From assembly GCA_944358325.1 (NCBI GenBank), contig CALVQV010000001.1, forward strand, positions 472 to 64,471: a stretch of DNA of 64,000 bases. The letters are read 5' to 3'. A program made the translations under genes and the position numbers. Of this stretch, positions 41,396-52,100 are shown one piece after another. The DNA comes from an uncultured Bacilli bacterium (GTDB lineage Bacteria > Bacillota_I > Bacilli_A > RF39 > UBA660). Every line of letters starts with the position of its first letter. Positions within the stretch are counted from its first letter, which is position 1. A model generated the notes under the pieces. That model was not told the origin of the DNA and did not search any database. It was given only the letters and a program-made list of their open reading frames with translations.

Positions 41396-41974
41396 ATGCT
41401 TATACCTAGTGTTATTGAAAAAAGTAGTAATGGTGAACGTGTTTATGACTTATATTCTAGATTATTAAAAGATCGTATTATTTTACTTAGTGGCGAAATA
41501 ACTGATCAAAACGCTAATATTATTGTTGGAGAACTTTTATATTTGGATTCTCTAAATCATGATGATATAAATATTTATATTAATTCACCTGGTGGTAGTG
41601 TTACTGCTGGTATGGCAATTTATGATACGATGAACATGGTAAAAAGCAAAGTATCAACTATATGTGTAGGAATGGCAGCTAGTATGGCAGCATTTTTATT
41701 AAGTAGTGGTTCAAAAGGTAAAAGATATATTTTACCTAATGGCGAAGTTATGATTCATCAACCATTAGGTGGTGCGGAAGGACAAGCAACCGATATAAAA
41801 ATTGCTGCTGAACACATCTTAAAGTTACGCGACAAATTAAATTTTATTTTATCTAAAAATACAGGACAACCTTTGAAACAAATTATTAAAGATACTGATC
41901 GTGATAATTTCATGGATAGTGATGAAGCTTTAAAATATGGTATTGTAGATGAAATATTATTCCCACAAAAATAA
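41396..41974 (+). CDS. clpP: ATP-dependent Clp protease proteolytic subunit
   Basis: 192 aa. [14 protein letters not shown], catalytic Ser in GMAASMAAF, His in MIHQP. Confidence 0.9.
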   Translation: MLIPSVIEKSSNGERVYDLYSRLLKDRIILLSGEITDQNANIIVGELLYLDSLNHDDINIYINSPGGSVTAGMAIYDTMNMVKSKVSTICVGMAASMAAFLLSSGSKGKRYILPNGEVMIHQPLGGAEGQATDIKIAAEHILKLRDKLNFILSKNTGQPLKQIIKDTDRDNFMDSDEALKYGIVDEILFPQK

Positions 41975-42003
41975 AAAAACACTTTCGTGTTTTTTATTTT
42001 TTC
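41975..42003. terminator. intrinsic terminator after clpP (convergent with 41994..42683)
   Basis: aaacac-tttc-gtgttt hairpin followed by a T-run. Confidence 0.45.
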
Positions 42004-42683
42004 TTTCTAATTTTAAAGAAGTTTCTTAAACGATGTTTTTTTGCTTCTGCTTCCTTTTTAAAAATCAAAATTTTAACAACTGCATAAATACCCATAGCTA
42101 CAAATATTATTGGCATTATAACTAATAATGGACTATATTTCCAAATAATATTTGGTAAATATGAATGAATTAATGTTCCTGAAACAATATAGAATAATAA
42201 ACCACATACAATTACTAATCCTGCTTTCAAGATGGCATTTTTATCATCTTTTTGGCTATCTGGATCAATCATGTATAGTGCTAATGGAATTACTAACATC
42301 ATTGCCCCTATAACAAGCATGAAAACATTTTCATTAAAAGTTTCAACAACTGCTAATTTAGGATTTTCAGGATTAACGTAAACAGTTTCTTCTTTTCCTA
42401 TTTCAGTTGCATTTAAAATAGCATAATCAGCTTGAACTGTATATGTTTGATCATTATATATGTAAGCATATGTTGTTACATATAACCCTTCATTTGTTTC
42501 CATATTGGATATTGCTGTTCCAACCATTTTTACATATCTATTTTTTATATCCATTTCATTAACGATAGCAACTGTACCAATTATAATAAATACAATACCA
42601 AAAATTGCTAACAATCCAAATAGCATTCTAGATATAAACAATCTTACTTCTAAATTATTAAGTAAACCCTTTTTCTTTTTCAT
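41994..42683 (-). CDS. hypothetical polytopic membrane protein
   Basis: 229 aa. Two TM clusters separated by a ~90-aa loop. Basic C-terminal tail. Confidence 0.5.
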   Translation of the reverse strand: MKKKKGLLNNLEVRLFISRMLFGLLAIFGIVFIIIGTVAIVNEMDIKNRYVKMVGTAISNMETNEGLYVTTYAYIYNDQTYTVQADYAILNATEIGKEETVYVNPENPKLAVVETFNENVFMLVIGAMMLVIPLALYMIDPDSQKDDKNAILKAGLVIVCGLLFYIVSGTLIHSYLPNIIWKYSPLLVIMPIIFVAMGIYAVVKILIFKKEAEAKKHRLRNFFKIRKKK

Positions 42684-42778
42684 AGGACACCTCTATTCTT
42701 TAATATTATTATAGAGGATTTTTATAAAAAATACAATATCTTTTTATAAAAATAAAAAGCATCAAAAGATGCTTATAA

Positions 42779-42979
42779 TTAATAATTTTTAGCGTTCATT
42801 GATTGTAAACCTAAATTTACTAATCTTTTTGTCATTTCGCCACCAACTGTTCCATTAGCTCTACTTGTTGTATCTGGTCCTAATGTAACACCTAGTTCAC
42901 GTGCGATTTCATATTTCATTGTATCTAAAACTTGTTTAGATCCTGCAACGTTTAATTTATTATTCATACATCTCACCAC
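42779..42979 (-). CDS. small acid-soluble spore protein, alpha/beta type
   Basis: 66 aa. '[16 protein letters not shown]...[21 protein letters not shown]' matches the conserved SASP blocks. Own terminator hairpin aagcatc/gatgctt downstream. Confidence 0.85.
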   Translation of the reverse strand: MVRCMNNKLNVAGSKQVLDTMKYEIARELGVTLGPDTTSRANGTVGGEMTKRLVNLGLQSMNAKNY

Positions 42980-43089
42980 CTTATTTATATTATTATCTGT
43001 TAATTATTTATTATTAGTGGTAATTAGTGCCAACTTTATTTTTTGTTTAAAAAAAGATGAACTTAAATTCATCTTTATAGATTTATAAT

Positions 43090-43299
43090 TTATTTTGATT
43101 GATAATGAGTAGCACCTAAATTTTGTTCACCCATTTTAACTAAACGTTTAGTGATTTCACCACCAACTCTACCGTTAGCTTTGCTAGTTGCATCAGGTCC
43201 CATTTTAACACCTAATTCATTAGCGATTTCATATTTCATTTGTTCGATAGCTTGTTTAGCACCATTTACAACGAATTTATTGTTTTCCATATTTTTCAC
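43090..43299 (-). CDS. small acid-soluble spore protein, alpha/beta type (tandem paralog)
   Basis: 69 aa. '[16 protein letters not shown]...[21 protein letters not shown]'. Terminator hairpin aagatgaa/ttcatctt downstream. Confidence 0.85.
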   Translation of the reverse strand: MKNMENNKFVVNGAKQAIEQMKYEIANELGVKMGPDATSKANGRVGGEITKRLVKMGEQNLGATHYQSK

Positions 43300-43348
43300 C
43301 TCCGTACATTTATATCATGTACGAAAGATATTATTTCATACTGGAAAA

Positions 43349-44521
43349 TTATAGTAATTCTTTAAAAGTTTTTTTATCTATATTAGTAATTGTTTCAATA
43401 TTATTTACGCATTCATCTATTAATGATTCATAATCAAATGTTTTTTCCATGTCAATACATTTATTAACATTTGGATTAATGACTGGATGATCTGGTAAAA
43501 ATATAGTACAACAATCTTCATAAGGTAATATACTTGTTTCATACGTACCAATTTTTTTCGATATGTCAATTATTTCTAGCTTATCTAAGCATGCAACTGG
43601 TCTAATTATAGGATAATTGGTTACACTATTAATAGCAATCATACTTGTTAAAGTTTGACTTGCTACTTGACCAATTGATTCACCATTTATAATAATTTTG
43701 CAATTACGTTTTAACGCTACTTTGTGAGCTATTCTGTACATCATACGACGCATAATTGTGATGTTATAAGTAGGATCAACGTTTTTATATATTTCCTCTT
43801 GAAGATGTGTAAAAGGAACAATATGAACTTTTATATTGCCAGAATATTTATTAATAATATTTGCTAATTCTAATACTTTATTTTTAGCTTCAATACTTGT
43901 ATGAGGTGGAGATTCAAAATATAAACATTCTAAATCTACGCCTCTTTTTAAAGCTAAGTATCCAGCAACAGGTGAATCAATACCACCACTTAACATAAGT
44001 AATCCTTTGCCTTGAATACCTACAGGATATCCTCCTAATCCTTTTATTTCATTAGTATATATATAAGTATAGTCTTTATGAATTTCTATATGAATTAAAA
44101 GATCAGGATTGTGAACATCAACTTTACAATCAAATTTTTTTAAAATTAAAGCTCCTAACTTTCTTGAAAATTCCATACTTTGTATTGGAAACTCTTTATA
44201 ACTTCTTTTTGTTTCTACTTTAAATGTTGTAAATTTTTCTTTTCCTACGACCTCAATTACTAAATTATTTATATCTTCAATATTAGTGTTTACTTTATAA
44301 CAAATAACTATACTATGAATACCAAATACATTAGTTAATTTGTTTGCTATTTCATCTATATTTTTAGATTCAATATACATACGATCATACATATCTCTTA
44401 TATTAAAATCAAAATCTTTTAAAATTTTGCTAATGTTATTTTTCAAAAGTTTTATAAAAGTACGACGATTACCTTTTTTAGTTGTCAATTCTCCATATTT
44501 TATTAAAATTAGTTTACCCAT
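43349..44521 (-). CDS. thiI: tRNA 4-thiouridine(8) synthase ThiI
   Basis: 390 aa. THUMP-like N-terminus, PP-loop 'LMLSGGIDSPVAGYL'. Confidence 0.85.
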   Translation of the reverse strand: MGKLILIKYGELTTKKGNRRTFIKLLKNNISKILKDFDFNIRDMYDRMYIESKNIDEIANKLTNVFGIHSIVICYKVNTNIEDINNLVIEVVGKEKFTTFKVETKRSYKEFPIQSMEFSRKLGALILKKFDCKVDVHNPDLLIHIEIHKDYTYIYTNEIKGLGGYPVGIQGKGLLMLSGGIDSPVAGYLALKRGVDLECLYFESPPHTSIEAKNKVLELANIINKYSGNIKVHIVPFTHLQEEIYKNVDPTYNITIMRRMMYRIAHKVALKRNCKIIINGESIGQVASQTLTSMIAINSVTNYPIIRPVACLDKLEIIDISKKIGTYETSILPYEDCCTIFLPDHPVINPNVNKCIDMEKTFDYESLIDECVNNIETITNIDKKTFKELL

Positions 44522-44582
44522 AAATTCCTCCTAAGTCCGTTATTATATCATAATTTTAAAAAAAGTAATACATGTGTTTGTA

Positions 44583-46301
44583 TTACTTTTGTTCTTGATA
44601 AAATTTAGTTAATTTATCATAGATTCCTGGCTCTAAACGATTTAAAATATTTATTGTTAATTCTAGTGATTTTGTATATTCACCACGGTTAAATAAAACT
44701 TCTGATGCATTTAGATGTTTGTCTATTTCATCATAACTTGAACGATAACGATTTCCATAAACAATTGCCATTTCAGAAAAACGTGCTGTTTTAATTAAAT
44801 CCTTAGTTGTACTATAAAGTTTTAAAACTAAGTCACGTGCTGTATCTACTCTAGTATTTAAAACACTAATAGTAATTGGTTTTTTATCAAGTTCTTTAAT
44901 AATTTCTTTAATTGCGTCACTTGCTTCATTTAATTCCACATAATAAGATTGTGGTATAACAGGAAAATTATATTCTTGAATCTTTCGTTTTGCTTCTTTA
45001 AGAATACTTTTTATTTCTTCTAATTGTTGACGAGCACGAACTTCATCTTCCTTCATTGATCCAATAACATTTAAAGAACTATCCAATTTATCTTCTAAAA
45101 TAATTAAACGATTAACTAATAATTCTATTTCTTTTGTAAGTTGAGAAAATGCAAAAGTATTATTACTTGTATGATCTTTTAAAGCTTTATAATCATTACT
45201 TAGAACTTTCATTTGCTCATTAACTTCGTTTAAAAGTAACATATCTTCTGGTGATAAATTATAAACAGTTTTAATATCATCAATTTGTTTAAAAATATCA
45301 TTTAACAAATTTTGCATTTTTTCTAATCTAACTTTAAATGCTGAACTAGCATCTTCATATGCTTTACGTTCATTTTTTTCTTTTTCAAAATCATTGAATA
45401 AGCCATCAAAATATTCTAATAAAATTTTTAATTCAAATAAACTATCTTCTAAATTTAAAACTTTAGCACGATCTTTAATATCACTGATTTTTTTATTTGC
45501 TTCGTTGATATTATATTCTACATTTAAATAATCTAGTGGATATCCTTGTTTAACCATTGTGTTATATATTTCATTAGCTTCAGCAATACGTTTTGGTAAA
45601 ATACTATCGGCCATCAAAATAATCGCTGGTACTTCTTCTACTACAACGGTCATATGTTTTAACATTTCATCTATGGCTTTAATAATTGCTGTTACTTCAG
45701 TATACTCATTATTTTCCATAACACGCTCAAAGTCTTCAAATCTTTTAGCAATATTTTCAAATTGTAGATTAATTGAATTAACAACATCTCCATATTCAGA
45801 TTTAGAATTGCTATATTTTTGATATAGTTCACGATAAGTAGCCTTTAGTTTTGTTATGATTGCACGATTTCTTTCTTCACTAGTTGTTATTTCTTTAATT
45901 TCATCCAATAATTCTTCAGTATTTTGTCTAACTTTATATAATTCCATTTCTAATTTAGCTATTTTATATAAAGCATTTTTATAATCCATTTTTGAAACAG
46001 AATAATCAGCATCTAAAAGCATATCTGTAATTTTAGGAATTTCTATACCTTTAATAGATGCTAAACGATCTTTCCAATCATTATATAGAACTTCTATTTT
46101 TTCGTTTTTTAAGAAAGCTTCTATTTTTGAAAGTTCTGGCATAATAGGAGCCGTTTCAATTTTATTTTTTTCTATTTCTAACTCTTCTAAATGTTTTTTT
46201 ATTTTTTTATTTTTATGACTTTGAATTATATTCAAAACAGCAACAATGAGAATGGCAGCAAGCAAAAATAAAGTTGTCATAACAAGTATTATTTCATTCA
46301 T
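44583..46301 (-). CDS. ezrA: septation ring formation regulator EzrA
   Basis: 572 aa. Single N-terminal TM helix, then extensive coiled-coil. Size and topology diagnostic for EzrA. Confidence 0.8.
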   Translation of the reverse strand: MNEIILVMTTLFLLAAILIVAVLNIIQSHKNKKIKKHLEELEIEKNKIETAPIMPELSKIEAFLKNEKIEVLYNDWKDRLASIKGIEIPKITDMLLDADYSVSKMDYKNALYKIAKLEMELYKVRQNTEELLDEIKEITTSEERNRAIITKLKATYRELYQKYSNSKSEYGDVVNSINLQFENIAKRFEDFERVMENNEYTEVTAIIKAIDEMLKHMTVVVEEVPAIILMADSILPKRIAEANEIYNTMVKQGYPLDYLNVEYNINEANKKISDIKDRAKVLNLEDSLFELKILLEYFDGLFNDFEKEKNERKAYEDASSAFKVRLEKMQNLLNDIFKQIDDIKTVYNLSPEDMLLLNEVNEQMKVLSNDYKALKDHTSNNTFAFSQLTKEIELLVNRLIILEDKLDSSLNVIGSMKEDEVRARQQLEEIKSILKEAKRKIQEYNFPVIPQSYYVELNEASDAIKEIIKELDKKPITISVLNTRVDTARDLVLKLYSTTKDLIKTARFSEMAIVYGNRYRSSYDEIDKHLNASEVLFNRGEYTKSLELTINILNRLEPGIYDKLTKFYQEQK

Positions 46302-46594
46302 CTATGTCACCTCGCTATTATAATTTTATCATATATTTTGACAAATATCTCTAATTTTTTTTAATTTCCTATTTTTTTCTTTTATGATTATGATTTTTGT
46401 CTTGACTTTAAAGGGTTAAGCATATATAATTAATAGTGCGAATGTGAAGCAGCGTTATTCGAATTTAGTAACGTGTTTGTTACCACATGGGATATTAGTA
46501 ACTTTTGCTGCAAAGCGAAGATATTAAACAAACACCCTATTATTTGACGAATAACCTCAATCGTATTTGTAATATATGAAGGAGGAGAAAAAAT

Positions 46595-47197
46595 ATGGCA
46601 AGATATACTGGACCACAATATCGTAAAGCAAGAAGATTAAATTTCTCTACTAGTGAAACTGGAAAAGAAATGGCTCGTAAACCTTTTGCTCCAGGCGCTC
46701 ATGGTAAAGAACGTGGAAAAAAATTATCTAACTATGGTATTCAATTACAAGAAAAACAAAAAGTTAGATTCATGTATGGTTTAAATGAAAAACAATTCCA
46801 CAAAACTTTTGTTGAAGCTGGTAAGTTAAAAGGTGTTCATGGTGAAGATTTCTTAAAATTACTAGAAAGTCGTTTAGACAATTTAGTATATCGTTTAGGA
46901 TTTGCTACTACACGTAATGCTGCTAGACAAGTTGTTAATCATGGACATATTACAGTTAATGGTAAAAAAGTAAATATCCCATCATATCGTTGTAAACCAG
47001 GTGACGTTATCGCTGTTAAAGAAAACTCTAAAGAACATCCTGCAATTAAAGCAGCTTTAGAAGCTAAAACTAAACGTGTTGAATTCGTTACTTACGATGA
47101 AGCTAAGATGGCTGGTACTTATGTTAGATATCCAGAACGTAGTGAATTAAATCCAGAAATTAACGAATCATTAATCGTTGAATTCTACAACAGATAA
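46595..47197 (+). CDS. rpsD: 30S ribosomal protein S4
   Basis: 200 aa, 'MARYTGPQYRKARRL...'. RBS GGAGGAG. Confidence 0.95.
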   Translation: MARYTGPQYRKARRLNFSTSETGKEMARKPFAPGAHGKERGKKLSNYGIQLQEKQKVRFMYGLNEKQFHKTFVEAGKLKGVHGEDFLKLLESRLDNLVYRLGFATTRNAARQVVNHGHITVNGKKVNIPSYRCKPGDVIAVKENSKEHPAIKAALEAKTKRVEFVTYDEAKMAGTYVRYPERSELNPEINESLIVEFYNR

Positions 47198-47203
47198 TAA
47201 GAA

Positions 47204-47233
47204 AAGATTTCCCAATTTGGAAATCTTTTTTTT
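47204..47233. terminator. bidirectional terminator between rpsD and tyrS
   Basis: aagatttcc-caattt-ggaaatctt hairpin plus T8. Confidence 0.6.
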
Positions 47234-48458
47234 AATTAAATTTACCTAAATAATATTTTTTCTTACCACGACGAACTATAACTACTTTATTTTCAATTGC
47301 ATCTTTTTTTGTAATAACGTAATCTAAATCAGTTATCTTATCACCATTAATAGTAATTGAACCAGCATTTACAAATTCACGTGCTTCTCTTTTAGAAGAA
47401 CATATTTTATTATTAACTAAAAAGTCTATAATATTTTCTTCTGTATTAATGGCAAAGTTTGGAACATCTTTAAATCCTTCTTCTATTTCTTTTAAATTTA
47501 ATTTTTTAATATCGCCACTAAATAATACTTCACTTATTTTAACTGCTTTATTAAATTCATCTTTACCATGAAGATCTGTGATAATTTCACGAGCTAAAGC
47601 TTTATGGGCTTCTCTTAATTCTGGATGTTCATTATTTGTTTTTTCTAAATCTTCAATTTCTTCTTTTGTTAAAAAAGTTAATTTTTTTAAGTATTCAATA
47701 ATCATTGAATCCTCTAAGTTAAGCAAATATTGATATAGCTCATAACTAGAAGTTTTATTTTTATCAAGCCATAAAGCATTGCCTTCTGTTTTGCCAAATT
47801 TAACTCCATTAGAATCAGTTACTAGCGGCATAACCATACCATAAACAGTTTTACCTAATTTCTTTTTAACTAACTCAATTCCGGAAGTAATATTTCCCCA
47901 TTGATCAGACCCTGCTACTTGTAAAGTACAATTTCTTGTTTCAAATAAATGCATAAAATCTAAGGCTTGCAAAATCATATAAGAAAATTCAGCATAAGTA
48001 ATACCACTTTCTAATCTTGATTTTACTTTATCTTTAGCAAGCATATAATTAACGTTAAAATATTTTCCATAATCTCTTAAAAAATCGATGACATTGATAT
48101 CTTTTGTCCAATCAAAATTATTAACGACTTCAAATCCAAATATCTTTTCTGCTTGCGCTTTTAAACCTTTAAAATTGTGTTCTACTTCTTCTTTAGAAAT
48201 CATTGGTCTTTCAGCAGTTGGTTTAGGATCCCCAATTAACCCTGTTGCTCCACCTACTAATAAAATAGGATGATGTCCAGCACGAGCTAATCTTTTAGAA
48301 ATTAAAAATGATGAATAATGTCCTATATGCATAGAATCAGCTGTTGGATCAGTTCCAATATAAAAAGTTAATCCCCCCTTATTTAATTGCTCGATTAATT
48401 CAGGATCACTAATATCTTGAACTAAGCCACGCCACTCTAATTCTTCAAATAATGTCAT
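47232..48458 (-). CDS. tyrS: tyrosine--tRNA ligase
   Basis: 408 aa. HIGH motif (MHIGHY), KFGKT (KMSKS-type), C-terminal S4-like domain. Confidence 0.9.
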   Translation of the reverse strand: MTLFEELEWRGLVQDISDPELIEQLNKGGLTFYIGTDPTADSMHIGHYSSFLISKRLARAGHHPILLVGGATGLIGDPKPTAERPMISKEEVEHNFKGLKAQAEKIFGFEVVNNFDWTKDINVIDFLRDYGKYFNVNYMLAKDKVKSRLESGITYAEFSYMILQALDFMHLFETRNCTLQVAGSDQWGNITSGIELVKKKLGKTVYGMVMPLVTDSNGVKFGKTEGNALWLDKNKTSSYELYQYLLNLEDSMIIEYLKKLTFLTKEEIEDLEKTNNEHPELREAHKALAREIITDLHGKDEFNKAVKISEVLFSGDIKKLNLKEIEEGFKDVPNFAINTEENIIDFLVNNKICSSKREAREFVNAGSITINGDKITDLDYVITKKDAIENKVVIVRRGKKKYYLGKFN

Positions 48459-48464
48459 AATATC

Positions 48465-48700
48465 TCCTCCTCATAATAATTAAAAAACGTCATAATAAGC
48501 TAAGGGCGAAAATCCGCGGTACCACCTTAATTTATCATGACGACATCTTTTACTTTTAACGCAAGTAACGTTTGAACTCCAACTATGTAACTTCCATATT
48601 AATCTTGATTAGTTTGCATCAACCACTAATTTTCTAATTACTAATTAATATTTAAAATAGTCTTCTTTGTTCAATAATAAGTATAGTTTAGCATATACCT
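48465..48700 (-). promoter_or_regulatory. T-box riboswitch leader of tyrS
   Basis: The minus strand contains AATTAAGGTGGTACCGCGG, the conserved T-box antiterminator sequence, followed by a GC-rich segment and a T-run before the tyrS RBS. Confidence 0.65.
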
Positions 48701-48713
48701 TATTTTAAGTCAA

Positions 48714-49064
48714 TTATTTTTCTTCGTGTAATTCTTCAATGATATTTTCAATTTTCTTACCATAAGCAATTGATTCATCATATACAAATTCCAATTCTGG
48801 AATGTGTCTAATATCTACACGATCATGTAACATACTACGGATAAATCCTTTCGCACTTTTTAAAGCTTTTAAAGTAGTTTCTTTTTTTGTATCATCTAAT
48901 ACTGTAAAGTAAACTTTAGCAAAGCTTAAATCATTTGTAACTTTTACATCAGTAATGGTTACAAAATTAATATCTTTATTTTTTACTTCTGTTGCGATAA
49001 TATAGCTTATTTCACTAATTAGCATATCGCCAATACGTTCTGTTTTAACACTCATGGATTTCAC
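48714..49064 (-). CDS. rbfA: ribosome-binding factor A
   Basis: 116 aa, KH-like RbfA pattern (RIGDMLISEISYII...LSFAKVYFTVL). Confidence 0.85.
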   Translation of the reverse strand: MKSMSVKTERIGDMLISEISYIIATEVKNKDINFVTITDVKVTNDLSFAKVYFTVLDDTKKETTLKALKSAKGFIRSMLHDRVDIRHIPELEFVYDESIAYGKKIENIIEELHEEK

Positions 49065-49092
49065 CTCTAGTAATAGTATACCATGAAAGTGT

Positions 49093-49788
49093 TTATTTTA
49101 CTAATAATTGTTCTAATTCTTTACATCTTTGTTTATCCATTTCGAGTACATTTTCTAATGGATATGGTATACCTAATTTATGATATTTAGATAGTGCCAT
49201 AGTATGATATGGTAATAGTTCAACTTTTTCTATATTTTTTAATTTACTAATAAATTCTTTTAATTCTAAAATATATTCTTTTGTATCATTAATACCAGGC
49301 ACAATTACTTGACGAAGCCACATAGGTATATTTCTCTTTTGACATTTATCTAAAAATACTAATGAATCTTTAATATCATGACTAACTAGATCTTGATATT
49401 TATCTTTATCTATTGCTTTAATATCAAAGATAACTAAATCAACATAATTTAATAACTCGTCATAATCATATCCGACACCAGCTGTATCTAAGGCAATATG
49501 GATATGTTCTTTTTTTAATTCTTTACATACCTCTAATAAAAATTTAGTTTGTAATAATGGTTCTCCACCTGAGAAAGTAACACCACCATTATTTTTAAAG
49601 TACGGTTTATAACGTTTTATTTTATTTACTAATTCTTCTACTGTTATATTGTTTATGCCTTTTTGCCACATTTCTGGATTATGACAAAATTTACATCTTA
49701 GGCTACAACCATTTAAAAATATAACTACTCTTATACCAGGACCATCAACTAGTCCAAATGTTTCAATTGAATTGATACTTCCTTGCAT
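49093..49788 (-). CDS. pflA: pyruvate formate-lyase activating enzyme (radical SAM)
   Basis: 231 aa. CxxxCxxC cluster 'GCSLRCKFCHNP', GGEPL. Confidence 0.85.
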   Translation of the reverse strand: MQGSINSIETFGLVDGPGIRVVIFLNGCSLRCKFCHNPEMWQKGINNITVEELVNKIKRYKPYFKNNGGVTFSGGEPLLQTKFLLEVCKELKKEHIHIALDTAGVGYDYDELLNYVDLVIFDIKAIDKDKYQDLVSHDIKDSLVFLDKCQKRNIPMWLRQVIVPGINDTKEYILELKEFISKLKNIEKVELLPYHTMALSKYHKLGIPYPLENVLEMDKQRCKELEQLLVK

Positions 49789-52013
49789 TACATTTTACCA
49801 TGGAAAGTACGTGAAATAACTTCTTCTTGTTGTTTTCTAGTTAAACGATTAAAACGTACAGCGTATCCTGATACACGAATGGTTAAAAGTGGATATTTTT
49901 CTGGATTATTCATAGCATCAATTAATGTTTCACGAGTTAAAACATTTACATTTAAGTGATGAGCTTTTTGAATGAAATAACCATCTAATAAGTTTACTAA
50001 ATTTTCTATACGTGATTCTTCATCTTTACCTAAGGCATCAGGTACAATTGAGAATGTATTGGAAATACCATCTTGACAACAATTTTCATATTTTAATTTA
50101 GCTACTGAGTTAAGACTGGCTAGGGCTCCACTCATATCTCTTTCATGCATTGGATTAGCTCCTGGAGCAAAAGCTACACCTGCTTTACGACCATCTGGAG
50201 TAGCACCAGTTTTAGATCCATATACAACATTAGAAGTAATTGTTAATACTGATAACGTATGTTTAGCGTTACGATATAATTTATGTTTACATAATTCACT
50301 ATAGAACTTGTCTAATACTTCAACAGCAATACTATCTACACGATCATCATCATTACCATACTTAGGAAAATCGCCTTCAATTTCAAAATCAATAGCGATT
50401 CCTTCTTCATTACGAATTGGTTTTACTTTAGCATATTTAATAGCTGACAATGAATCTGTTACAACTGATAATCCTGCTACGCCAAAAGCCATAAGTCTTC
50501 TAACATTTGTATCATGTAGAGCCATTTGACTTGCTTCGTATGCATATTTATCATGCATGTAGTGAATTATATTCATGGCATCAACATAAATACCTGCTAC
50601 TTTTTCTAGCATCTTGTAATAACTATTTTTTACTTTATCATAATCTAGTATTTCATCTTTCATGATATCGAAACCATCAATTACATGATCACCTTTAACT
50701 TCATCAATACCACCATTAATTGAGTAAAGTAGAGCTTTTGCTAAATTACAACGAGCGCCAAAGAATTGCATATCTTTGCCTACGCGCATTGCGGAAACAC
50801 AACAAGCAATAGCATAATCATCGCCATAAATTGGACGCATAACATCATCATTTTCATATTGAATTGAATCTGTTTCAATACTCATTTTAGCGCAGTATTT
50901 TTTGAAGTTTTCTGGTAAATTTTGACTCCATAATACTGTCATGTTTGGTTCTGGTGCAGAGTCAAGATTAGCTAAAGTGTGTAAAAAGCGGAAAGAGTTT
51001 TTAGTTACTAATGATCTACCATCTTCTGTTATACCCCCAATTGCTTCTGTTACCCATGTTGGATCACCTGAGAATAATTCATCATATTCTGGTGTTCTTA
51101 AGTGACGAGCCATACGTAATTTAATAACAAATTGGTCAATTAATTCTTGAGCTTCTACTTCAGTTAGTTTTCCTTCTTCTAAATCTCTTTCAATATAAAT
51201 ATCTAAGAAAGTTGAAGTTCTACCTAAACTCATAGCAGCACCATTATTTTCTTTAATAGCTGCTAAGTAACCAAAATATAACCATTGAACAGCTTCACGA
51301 GCATCTTTTGCTGGTTTAGATATATCAAAACCATAACGAAGTGCCATTTTCTTAATCTTTTCTAAAGCACGATATTGTTCAGAAATTTCTTCTCTTTGTC
51401 TAATCATATCTTCAGTCATTTCTTCTACTGGTTGATCCCATTCTTTTTTCTTTTCAGCCATCAAGAAATCAATACCGTATAAAGCAATACGACGATAATC
51501 ACCAATAATACGACCACGACCATAAGCATCAGGTAATCCTGTTAATAAACCTACATGACGTGCTTTTCTTATTTGTTCTGTATAAACATCAAATACTCCT
51601 TGATTATGTGTTTTACGATATTCATTAAACTTAGCATCAATATCTTTATTCAATTCATAACCATAAGCTTTAAGTGATGAATAAACCATACGGATACCAC
51701 CATAAGGATTTACAATTCTTTTTAATGGCGCATCAGTTTGAAGTCCAACTATTACTTCATTTTCTTTATCAATATATCCAGGTTCATAATTATCAATGCC
51801 TGATACATGTTCAACATCAATATCTAAAACACCTTTTTTTAATTCTTCTTTTAATAAATCTAAACATCTAGTCCAAACTTTATCTGTTTTAGGAGTAGTT
51901 TTTTCTAAAAATGATTCATCTCCTTTATACTCTTTATAGTTATTGATAATGAAATCTCTTACATCAATTTCACTACACCATTTTCCTTCTTTAAAATTTT
52001 TCCATTCTTGCAT
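49788..52013 (-). CDS. pflB: formate C-acetyltransferase (pyruvate formate-lyase)
   Basis: 741 aa. C-terminal glycyl-radical motif '[11 protein letters not shown]', catalytic CC in 'IACCVSAM'. Confidence 0.9.
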   Translation of the reverse strand: MQEWKNFKEGKWCSEIDVRDFIINNYKEYKGDESFLEKTTPKTDKVWTRCLDLLKEELKKGVLDIDVEHVSGIDNYEPGYIDKENEVIVGLQTDAPLKRIVNPYGGIRMVYSSLKAYGYELNKDIDAKFNEYRKTHNQGVFDVYTEQIRKARHVGLLTGLPDAYGRGRIIGDYRRIALYGIDFLMAEKKKEWDQPVEEMTEDMIRQREEISEQYRALEKIKKMALRYGFDISKPAKDAREAVQWLYFGYLAAIKENNGAAMSLGRTSTFLDIYIERDLEEGKLTEVEAQELIDQFVIKLRMARHLRTPEYDELFSGDPTWVTEAIGGITEDGRSLVTKNSFRFLHTLANLDSAPEPNMTVLWSQNLPENFKKYCAKMSIETDSIQYENDDVMRPIYGDDYAIACCVSAMRVGKDMQFFGARCNLAKALLYSINGGIDEVKGDHVIDGFDIMKDEILDYDKVKNSYYKMLEKVAGIYVDAMNIIHYMHDKYAYEASQMALHDTNVRRLMAFGVAGLSVVTDSLSAIKYAKVKPIRNEEGIAIDFEIEGDFPKYGNDDDRVDSIAVEVLDKFYSELCKHKLYRNAKHTLSVLTITSNVVYGSKTGATPDGRKAGVAFAPGANPMHERDMSGALASLNSVAKLKYENCCQDGISNTFSIVPDALGKDEESRIENLVNLLDGYFIQKAHHLNVNVLTRETLIDAMNNPEKYPLLTIRVSGYAVRFNRLTRKQQEEVISRTFHGKM

Positions 52014-52061
52014 AATATCCTCCTTTTATTGTACACAACTAATTATAGCATACCCAAACAG

Positions 52062-52098
52062 AAAAAAGTGTTGCATGTGCAACACTTTACAAATATAT
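52062..52098 (-). terminator. intrinsic terminator directly after infB
   Basis: On the minus strand: 10-bp stem AAAGTGTTGC/GCAACACTTT with loop ACAT, followed by TTTTTTCTGTTT. A TATAAT box for pflB lies downstream. Confidence 0.6.
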
Positions 52099-52100
52099 TT

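Noticed and set aside
46430-46618. 62-aa ORF on the minus strand overlapping the rpsD start.
   Set aside because: It overlaps the rpsD RBS and start, and lies in the presumptive rpsD leader. No RBS and no coding-like composition.
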